NCBI RefSeq assembly: GCF_001194135.2
Contig: NC_068986.1
Location: forward strand, 40,598,586 to 40,662,585
DNA from: Octopus bimaculoides
Lineage: Eukaryota
Length of the DNA: 64,000 bases
Direction: 5' to 3'
This document shows, in pieces, positions 11,923-23,723 of this stretch. Each line of letters opens with the position of its first letter. The first letter of the stretch is position 1. The notes under the pieces were generated by a model, which was not told where the DNA came from, made no database searches, and saw nothing but the letters and a program-made list of their open reading frames with translations. The position numbers and the translations under genes were made by a program.

Positions 11923-14900
11923 CTATTGATAGTTAGACATGTATACACATACGCATACATATAAGAATGTGCATATTTTTTCAAAGTACAATCTGATCAA
12001 TAACGAAGGGAGGTAACTTTTCTTTTACACGAAAATGTGCCCAACATCGATATTCAGTCTGTCGTGTGTGAGTGGGTGCTGGAGTAGGGCGTGTACACAT
12101 GCATGCGTGCACAGACAGACAGACACACATACACACACATATATATATTATGCACATATAATATATTACAATATATCATGTTTGTCGATCTATATATAAT
12201 NNNNNNNNNNAAGTTGTAGCACTTGTCTCCGTAGTGCAATAGCTTGCATGTTTGCTCTGTCTGATGCCCAGCAGAGTAGGTTTTTATCCCTATTTTTTTC
12301 TTTAATCTTTTTTTTTTTTTTTGGCTTTTACAAATTGAATTGTTACATACAGTTTACTGTTAATATGTGTACACATCATTGTATACACACACATTCACAC
12401 ATTTATATCATCTTTGATATAAATGTGCTCTTGTCAATATTGTGTATGCGTCTGTGTCCTTGTGACATCACATATTTGTTGTAAACAAGTATCCTTGCCA
12501 TACAAGTGTTGTGTTTCGTTTGTAATGTTCCATGGATATCTGTCCCATGGGGAAGTAATATCTTGCTGAGAAAGAAATGAGAGGTGGCAACAGGAAGACC
12601 ATCCTGTCATAGACAATCTGCTTCAATGAATTCCATTGGAGCAGTGATGATGATGATGATGATATATATTTATATATATCATTGTATCACTGCATTAACC
12701 AAGCTACCGGTTGTTGTTACACACCACTCGTCACAATGCACTTCCTCACATTTGTTGTAGCTTTCAAATGGTCCCACCTCACTGGCTATTAGCTGGCCGA
12801 CCTTTTCCCCCCTGAATGGAATGCCAGTCCATTGTGGGTTATCCATTTACAGCTGAGTGGACTGGGGCAACATGAAATGAAGTGTTTTGCTCAAGAACAC
12901 AACACACCATCAATCTGGGATGCAAAACCATGGTCTTGTGATCGTGAGTGCAACACCCAACCCATTAAGCCACACGCACACACCNNNNNNNNNNCACACA
13001 CACATTGCTATCATCATAATCATTATTTTAATGTCCCCTTTTTTTTTTGCATGTATCAGATAGAATTTGTGGACATTTACATAAGTCACAGCATCTTTGA
13101 CCGATATTAAAATTTAGGTAAAGAAGTTATTTTTTATTAAGCATAACTAGTTTGGGAATTTTTTGAAGCTACCTCTTATATTGAAATTTAAAGGAAAAAA
13201 GTAGTAGTTTGTTTTGCTTTACTCACTTTGTTTTACTCATTACAATGAAAATATACCTAAAAGCAATACATGACTAACTCATTATTTTCTTTATTTTATT
13301 CTAATCCTTTAGGATGATTTTTTGGACTGACTGGGGTAATTCTCCGAAAATCGAGAGCTGTGGTATGGATGGCCTTGACCGAAAGCTTGTTGCCAACACG
13401 TCTCTAAAATGGCCAAACGGCTTGACTATTGACTATGCTGGAGACAAGTTATATTGGGCCGATGCTAAATACCATGTCATAGAGTGCTCTCAGTTAGATG
13501 GTTCATTCCGACGAACAATCATTAGTCAAGGTAAATGTTTTCTCTACTAATTATATATGTATATCAGTTGTTTTAAATCTTAATTATTACATATTCTAAT
13601 TGTTTATTGAAATAAACAAGGCAGTTTTCTTAACTTGTACTTGTACTTGTTTTGGTCATTGGTCTGTGGTCATTCTTAAGCACTACCCTGGAGGGTTTAG
13701 ATCAGGAGTACTCAACCATTCTTTATCAGTGATTACTATTTTATTCTGATGAACCGCGATAGCCATTCACTACTAAAAACTAGTTTTATAGAACTGCTCT
13801 CAAAATTCTCATTTTGTTTTTCACACATTAACTTTTGTAGGTTGAACTATGTAAAACTTCCAAGAAAGAAACCTAGCTGTTTCTTGCAATACATACCAAA
13901 ACATACATCTAAAGCAAAATCTTCTCAGGGGCCCTTAAAATGCTATTATGGACCTCCAATTTACTATTCTGTTGCATGGACCTCCAAAAATGTTATATAT
14001 GTACCCTCAGGGGCCATATGGACCCCAACTGAGAACCACTGGTTTAGATGAACAAATACCCCCCATAATCATTTTCTTTTAATGTCTGGTGCTTATTCTG
14101 TTGGCCTCTTTTGCTGAACCACTTAGGAGGACATAAACAAACCAACACTAATTGTGAAGCAATGGAAGAAGGCATACACATGCACACACACAATGGACTT
14201 CCACACAGTTTCTACTTATCAAATTCATGTACAAAATATTGGTCATCCCAGAGCAGTAGTAGAAAACACTTGCCCAAGGTGCTGTGCTGTGACATGGTTG
14301 CAAAGCAAACTTCCTTGCTACACAATCTTGCCTGTGCTTATTGAGATTTTTCAAGCTGAAACCAGCCCATTTGACAGACTCTATCAGCCTGTGATCATAA
14401 AGTCAACAGTTCAGATTCCTTCAACTGTACAACAAAATATTCTTACAAGTGTTTTATTGATAAATATATTTCCTAAACTCTTAAGGTCTGATGAAGGATC
14501 ATATAGTTTTTTGATTGTATGTAGATATGGTTGTGTAATTGTTTACTTTTCAACCACAGAGAATGTGATATTTTTGAAGCAACAACTTCACCACACCACC
14601 ACCACCACACACATACTCTTGTGAATCAAAGTCCATTTTTCACATTGCAGTGGAAGATCCGTGTGCAACAAATAACAACACAAACTGGGTTCATCCATCC
14701 TTTTGACTGGTAATATTGGGTTTCTTGAAGCCCTTCTCACAAAAAAGGGTTTCATGGTTGGTCTACCGGTTTAGTTGCTGTTGATGATCATATAACAAGT
14801 TGTGCCAGATTGCATAGCACAATGTAGCACTCATTGACCTGACATTATCTACAAACATACATACACATGTGCACACACATGTATGTATGTCTATGTGTGT

Positions 14901-15340
14901 GTGTATGTTTGTGTACTAAAATGTGTTACTTTTAATTAATGATCCAGTCTAATCAACTACACTATCTTGAAGCACAGTACATTGTTTTATGATATATTGC
15001 AGAACCATTGTGTAATGGTAGTTTTTAAAATGATTTGCTTCATTGATATTTTGTTGCAATTCTGAACTCATATTTTCCTGTATGATATATGTTACTGAAA
15101 CTAATGATCCCTACCTCATAGCAAACCACTTTATTCCACTATTCAAATTTTCTTTGTTCTTACTATTTGCTGATTTTACTGTGATATTTCCCACATGGTA
15201 AATCCTACAGTGGCATGATCTCCAGCAAGCAGACTTTCCCTTTGGGCATCTATATAAAGATGAAGTTATTCAGTGGTACTCTAAATGTTCTAATGTATTT
15301 AAGGGCATTCATCCTTCAGTTTGCTTGCTCGTGTGTGTGT

Positions 15341-15380
<40 letters not shown>

Positions 15381-18300
15381 TCAGCAAAACGGAAGGAAAA
15401 ATACTCATCATCATTTAACGTCCATTGTCCTTGCTGGCATAGGTTGGACTCCATAACAAAAATGTAGAATTCTAAAAGTTATGTTTGTAATTGAATTATT
15501 GAGTATTTTCTTATTATCAACAGCCAGTTTTATATTTTCTAAAGGATTAGTAAATAAACTATGAAAAAATCACCCAATTCTTTGTTTCCTTCCTTTTCTA
15601 TAAGAATAGTTATTCCAAAAGTCTGTCATTCAACTATCACACCCATCTCACAAGTGTTATAGTTTATTTATCAATCCTTTAGTAAATAAAATATTAGCTG
15701 TCGATAACAAGAAAGTACCTATTAATGGCTATATCTGCTAATATCTGTGGTAAGCATTAGGGCTTCTTTGAATATAAATCTGCAACCCAGTTTTGGTTTC
15801 TAGCTGAAACCACTGCAGTTTCCCCTCATGAAGTTCATGCTTCTCAAGAAAAGCATGAATGTCACATTGTATTGCCTTCTCTTCCTCTGAAATCACTACA
15901 GATAATAAGCTAATCATTTATTGATAGTGGATACATCTCATGAAATGGGCCAGCAATGGGTTTCTATTTAGAAAACTTGTGCACAAAATCATTAAAATAT
16001 TGATTGATTTATTGATCTAGTTATTTTTGTTTTCAATGATTCTCAGACACTTTGGCTATCAATAGAAATATGAACAAAAAAAAAAAAAGAAAGCAAGAGG
16101 GAGGAAAAGAGAAATGTTTCTTATTAAACTAAAAACTAAACAAGAAGTAAAAAATTCAACAATCTGTAACCTTCAGTAAGAAGTACATGATGATGATGAT
16201 GATGTATATTGTACATGAAATTTGCCAACTTTATCAAAAATTTCTGCAGTGACTACTTAGTAGCTTTGGTTAGTGTCTTAAAGAATAACTGCTAAAATAT
16301 TCAAATAAATTCTATTGTTGTAATATCTGCTGTTATAAGATATGATGTTGCTTCGGTTGCAGTTCACTCTTCTCAAGCAGACCTGTTATTACAGACCTTC
16401 TGGCCATAACCATCCAAGCATATTTTCAGACATTGTATCTAAGACTCTATTACCTAAGCTGTCGTTTCTTTTTTTTTTTTTTTGTTAAAAACTGAAGGTA
16501 GCATGCTCCACTGGATGGGTAATGTCAGTGTTCATGCACAACAGAGTGTAAATAATTTAAGAGGAAAACTGAGTATAAGAGGCATCAGATGTTGTGTGCA
16601 AGAGAAAAACTACACAGGTTTGGTCATGTAATGCATATGGATGAGGACAGCTGCATAAAGAAGTGCTGTGCTGTCATTGTGGAGGGTACCTGTGAAAGAG
16701 CTAGACCCAAGAAGACGTCGGATGAATTGGTGAGAAAGGTTCTTTAGACACTGAGCCTCACTAAGGAAATGACAAGGGACTGGGAGATGTAGGGATTTGC
16801 TGTACTTGAAATGCACCATTTTGAGCGTGGCCGTTGCCAGTACCGCCTGACTAGCCTTCGTAGGATTTTCGAGCGGGATCGTTGCCAGTGCCCCTGGACT
16901 GGCTCTTGTGCGGGTGGCACATAAGATACACCATTTTGAGCATGGCCGTTGCCAGTACCGCCTGACTGGCCCCGTGCGGGTGACACGTAAAAGCACCCAC
17001 TACACTCTCTGAGTGGTTGGCGTTAGGAAGGGCATCCAGCTGTAGAAACTCTGCCAAATCAGATTGGAGCCTGGTGTAGCCATCTGGTTTCACCAGTCCT
17101 CAGTCAAATTGTCCAACCCATGCTAGCATGGAAAGCGGACGTTAAACGATGATGATGATGATGATGATGATAAGACATGTCAAGCGAAGTAAAATCACTG
17201 TCTTCCACACATACATGATTGTCCTTTCAGGTGCCAGTACTGCATTAGCACACCTGTGCCAGTTCTGTATAAACGCACTTGTGCTGGTGGCACATGAAAA
17301 GCACCCAACACACTATGTTAAGTAGATGGCATTAGGAAGGGCATCCACCTGTAGAAACCATGCCACAACTGCCAGTTGGAGTCTGGACAGCTCCCTGCTA
17401 GTCAGCTCCATGTCAAACCGTCCAACCCATACCAACATGAAAAGTGGACATTAAACAATGATGATGTAGGGTGGTATTTGAACCAAATTTGGCTACTGTT
17501 TCTAGCATAGTTGAAGTTGGTCGTTTTGGTGTCTTAACTACTAACTGAAGGAACAGCTGTATATATTTTGTCACTAATGTTGTTCTGTTTTGAGGCAAAT
17601 ACTACCACCACCACCACTATGGCTGTCACTGCAAACATTGCTGCTACTTCCTTTACCACCACCACCACCACCACATGCTGTATGGGTCTGATGCACAGCA
17701 TATCACCAGTTGTCTTTTGTTATCTGTCTGTGAGGACCAGCCCCCTGAGATCTTACATTAATGAACTGCCTTTGACTCTTTGGGATTACATTGTCAAATA
17801 TAGATGTTTGTTTATTCACATAATTTTGAATTAATCGTATATTATCTCATAGCTTTGAGATTTCTATGATGTGATTATATATTTTTGGAATAACATTGTA
17901 GGATAGGCGTGAGAGGCCAGTTGTTGCCAGTTTGAACATAAAACAGGTAGTATATTTTGGGCTGGATATGACCAGTTTTAAAGGGCTAAATTACCTAATC
18001 TGTTTAACTCTAAAGACCGTAAAATGATACAAGTGACCACGGCAAGTAGCAGGAGCATTTTAAAATAGATGTGGGTCCTGTTATTTAAGATAGTAGAGTG
18101 TAATTTGAAGGGGAGTTACCAGCTATTTCTAGCAGGTTAGGCAGCCATGTAGAGTCTCTCTCATTGGTTTATCTTCATCTAGTCAGTCTAGAATATTAGA
18201 GAAAGTAGAACTAGCTACAATGTTTGAAAATATTGGAGGATCATGATTGGAACATCTTTTATCATAAGTTACTTCAGTCTCAATTGAGCTGGGATTAAGC

Positions 18301-18631
18301 AACAATTACCACTACTGCTATGGTAAATCTAGTTGACAACAAACTATCTGAGCTCAGTGTATAAATAGATCATGGGTTCAGAGTTGTAAGTCATTTAAAT
18401 GTTTGGTCATGTAATATCAATAAATCAAAACCCAGTAATTTTGTGAGGATAAATCGATAATTTACAACTATTCTTTTAAATGATCATGTTCTCTTGATCA
18501 TGTTTCGTAAAGCCATCACAAGATGGAGAAATAAACTGACACATTCCTTGAAACATTATCATCATAGTCATCATTTTAACATCAACTTTTCCATGCTCAC
18601 ATGGGTTGGCTCTTAACCACTACGCCATGTG

Positions 18632-18681
<50 letters not shown>

Positions 18682-19325
18682 ATATATATAGCACCTTTGA
18701 TGGAATACATTTTAGTTTTCTATCCATCCTTACTATGCCCTTCCAAGTCTCACTGACTAGATTGCAATATGCAGGATAATGGAGGTATATAGAAAAGATT
18801 TCACTATAAATGTACATAAACATATGTATGGATGTAATCACATCCATATGTATTAAGTTACGTTGTGAAAGAAGGTACACAAGAAACCCTCTTTACTTAT
18901 TTAAGGTGAAAAATAAAGCAACTGGTTTTGTTGCTATTAACAACTTAGAAGATCATTGAGTTTGATCCTAGTCCTAAGCTGCCAAAATATGTGTGATAGG
19001 CCTAAGTCCATAGTGAGGTTATATATGGTTTGACTCCATAAAAAAATTTGATATTATAGCTGCAAAAAAATAAAGTTTCATAATAAATTTATTGTAATAA
19101 CTTTGCATTTTCCATTCCAAAGTTTACCATCAGAGGAGAAACATTGCTGTCTGGGAGTTTTTTTTCTTCTTTTTTTTTTATTACTTTTAGTTATTGTAAT
19201 ATATTTTATTACAGTCTGGGTATTTTTACTTTTTTCCTAGTTATTGTAATATAATATCTTATTGCTGTCTGAATGATTTTTTTTTTTCCTAGTTATTGTA
19301 ATATATATAATATCTTGTTTTTTGT

Positions 19326-19367
<42 letters not shown>

Positions 19368-22300
19368 CAACTTTGTCCAAAGTCTTTCTCTAACATTTAA
19401 AGAAAGATCAAAACTTATGAAAGAGTGAAATATGAAAGGGAAATGAAAATATTTGTGAAATAAATGCAAAACATTTATAAGATCAAAATAAATAACAACT
19501 TCAAAATATTTAATAACTTTTAAGCATTACATTTAAAAGAAAAATTCAAATGTTATATAATAATGAAATATGAAAGTACTTTGAATTATTTTCCTTGCTA
19601 CACCTAAACAATATTTCCTTCATTTCTTTAAAATTTTGTAATTTTTGTAACCATATTGTCATGGCAGTGGTGGGGAGAAGTAATAAAGAAGAGAATGTAA
19701 GTTTTTAGTTGCTGAGGAGTGAGTTTTGAGCGAAGGTGGTTTGGATGAGTATTAAAAGCAATATTTTTTATTAAAATATATTAAAATTCAAAATTTTAAG
19801 ATTTTACTTTAATTTTAGATTGAATGAAAAGTTTGTTTAAGAGTTTTGGTTTAGGCTCAGGTGTGGCTTTGTAGTAAGAAGTTTGCTTCACAAACGCATG
19901 GTTTTGGGTTCAGCCCCACTGTATAGCATGCTGGGCAAGTGTCTTCTACAACAGTCTTGGGCTGACCAAAGGCTTGTGAGTGGATTTGGTAGATGGAAAC
20001 TGAAAGAAGCTGTCATGCGTGTACACATATATATATAATATCTATAGTTTATCACTTTAAAAATAAGAATATTGAGAATATCACACTTCTAACACAAAAA
20101 GTAAGACACAGTATTGACTTGTAAACCTTTAATATATTCAGTAGCATATGGTTGCAAAATGAAATACAGTGTCCTTTCTTGTAATTAATATTTACATATC
20201 AACTGCCAGGAATGTGTTTAATATGTAAATTGGTTTATCCAGTAGTGTTACACTGTTAAACTTAGTTGGTATTTAAGCAATGTGTTTGTGGATAGTTAAT
20301 GGGTTGGCTATAATGCTGATGAATGAGCAATAACTCTTGAAATATGCATATACACCCATTGCTTATATTTTCTATCTTTAATACCATTGTTTACATAGAT
20401 GTGTTCATGTACAAAATGTCATAACTTAGAGTACTGGCTCTGAATTCTATAGATTATCACTTGAAATACTTATTTGTGCATTTTTTTATGCATGTGTTAC
20501 TGTCTCTTTGCCTTGACATTGCTTGATATTTACGAGTGAGTTTCACCATCATGCCAGCAGTGTCCTTTGTTTCCATTCTTCTAAGACATGTGTGGTCATG
20601 GGAAAATATTACCTTACTTGGAAACAAGTGAGGGTTGGTGACAGGATGGGCATCCACCTAAACAAATTCCTTCTGATCCATGTTTACATGGAAAAGTGAA
20701 CTTTAAAACAAGGGTGATGATGTATATGGACATATTAACTTTATAATCATTATATATGAAATACATTTGCTTTCATTGTTCATTCTTTCTCCTTTAAGGT
20801 TTACCACATCCATTTGCTTTGACCCTATTTGAAGATGAGCTCTACTGGACTGACTGGCATACTAAGAGTATTTGGAAAACTAACAAGTTTAATGGTAATC
20901 GGGCACAACGTGTACGCAATCACCTTCATTATCCAATGGATATACACACATTTCATCCACTGAGACAGCCACAAGGTGAGTGATACTGGATAAATCTGTT
21001 GAAAATCTTATAGAGAAAAAGACTTACAAACAAGAGTTTACTTGAAACCTCAACATGCAGGATCTTTTGGGGCAATAGTTTTCAACCATATTTTGCTTGT
21101 AGTCTCTTTGATTCCTATTTTGTTCAGGTAGACCTCCATATTCAATGTTTAGAAAACTCCCGTTATATTTTTATGCGCAGGAGTGGCTGTGTGGTAAGTA
21201 GCTTGCTTACCAGCCACATGGTTCTGGGTTCATTCCCACTGCGTGGCACCTTGGGCAAGTGTCTTCTACTATAGCCTTGGGCTGACCAAAGCCTTGTGAG
21301 TGGATTTGGTAGACGGAAACTGAAAGAAGCCTGTTGTATATATGTATGTATGCATGTGTGTGTATATGTTTGTGTGACTGTGTTTGTCCCCCCCAGCATC
21401 GCTTGACAACCAATGGTGGTGTGTTTACGTCCCCGTAACTTAGCGGTTCGGCAAAAGAAACCAATAGAATAAGTACTAGGATTCCAAAGAATAAGTCCTG
21501 GGGTTGATTTGCTCGACTAAAAGGTGGTGCTCCAGCATGGCCGCTGTCAAATGACTGAAACGAGTAAAAGAGTAAGTATTAGGAATTGTACAAAAAAAAA
21601 AATGTTAAAATATTTTATGTATTGTAGAAGTATAACTGATTTATTGGACATAAATTTTAATTACAAAATCTTATATGGACCCTCAAGGGTCATGTGAACC
21701 CCGGTTGAGAAACACTGTTTTAGAGGATTGCTCAACCTGCTAGAAATAGCAACCAAATCTTATTCAACTCACTCTCACATCTTCAAAAATATAAAAAGGA
21801 TATCCTCCCATCCTTCCATTTTTATAAAGCATTAGAGTGATATTTGAGAGAGATTTGAATATTCTTTCTAGTAGGTCAAACATTTTATGAAAGAGTCTTC
21901 ATACCCCTGCAGTTGGTTTGGTTGAAACAACATAAAACACTTTTTTAAATATGCATCCTTGCATAGATTACTCAGGCTGTGTATACTGGGAAAACCCAGT
22001 TCAATTCTCAGGATCTTTACTACTACATTAACCTATAGATAGGATAGCCAAATGAACGACATATTTGACTTGGTCAAGATTTCATATGTTTCTGGGTAGG
22101 TGATTGTTTCAGATCACATGGATTTTTCAACTTAGGTGCCATATCCCTTGGATGTCTCATTTATATTTTTATTTGTTTCAGTCATTCAGCTGTGGCCATG
22201 CTGGGGCACTGTTTGAAGGGTTGAACAGATCAGCCCCAGTACTCATTTTTTGTTTAAAATCTGGCATTTATTCTATCAATTTCTTTTGCTGAAGCACTAA

Positions 22301-23674
22301 GTTATGGGGCCATAAACAGACAAACACAGGTTGTCAAACTGTGGGGATGAGACAAACTCACATACTCACACAGAGAGGCTTCCATGCAGTTTTCATCTAT
22401 CAAATTCACTCATAAGGCACAGGTTATAGTAAAAGACACCAGCCCAGAGTACTGCATTGCGTAAGGTGGAACTGAAATGAAAACCACATGGTTATAAAGT
22501 AAGCTTCTTAACTACACATCCACACTTGCACCTGGTTGTGTTTGTTACTTTTAATAAACCAGTATCCTTATCTAAAGGATAGATTAATCTTTCATCTACT
22601 AAACACCTCGAAACCAGAGTTAGAAACTGGCTTTTTAAAAAGAAGTTTACATTTACATGAACACATTAAGATAGTGGTGCTGACAAAGTGCCAGTTTATG
22701 CAAAATGGTAGACAAAATAAGTATTTACAGTGGGAAGCTGGCATATATAAAAAGATCATAGAATTTTTCAATATTATGAGAGAAAGGCTTGTATTACCTT
22801 AGATATTTCATTCAGTGATGTTATAAAAAGTTGTAACTTTAAGGAATTATTACTACACAGTCTCAATATTGTGAAACATTAAATCATTCCCTAAAGGACC
22901 TATGAACATTCTTCTTTAGTTTATACTACACATTAACCTGCCCCACAGGGAGTTTGCTGTAGGATATCAGTTTCTTCTGTGAGAAGTGGCTTGCTTCTTG
23001 TTCAGCCTTTTTACATTTCTGGAGAAAGGCATGTTCTGTGTGATCTCCTATGACCTCCTCAAAATTTTAATATAGCTAATCGAGAGTAGAAGAGAGGAAG
23101 AATGATAGTGAAAATCAAATAAATCACATTTGACTCTATCAAGAAACACTAAGTGTTCTATGCTTGTGTCATTTAATAAATTCAGTCTTCTACTTCCAAT
23201 GATATTGAGGTTTACCTGTGTTGTTACACACTTGGTTTGTTGATATGTATGTGTGTTAGTGTTTGAAACATTACATAATTGGGATATAAAGTAAAAAGTA
23301 AAAGAGTCAAAAGGAAGAGTAAGTACAAATGTTTCGATACATACAGATCCTCATATATACAGGATTTAAAGTTAAGTTTAAATTAAATCTTCTCATACAG
23401 GTAACGACTTACCTGTATAAGAAGATCTATATGTATCGCCTCATGCGATACTCAGTTGCTGTCTCCATAAGTAAATTTAGATTTCCATGCTACAACATCC
23501 TTACTTGGGATATATAAACAAAGGAGCAATAATCATAATTTTTATTTTCACACACGAGGAATACCTAAGACTAGAATTGGTAGCATACCATAAGAATACT
23601 ACCGGCTGTTTGAGAATTCTAAGGGTGAACGAGCTCTATTTGTACTCTTATACGTTCTTAACAGAACACACCTC

Positions 23675-23723
<49 letters not shown>

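Noticed and set aside
14488-14520. CTGATGA box
   Set aside because: No downstream GAAA or stem; other isolated CTGATGA hits (~54345, ~58570) fail in the same way.
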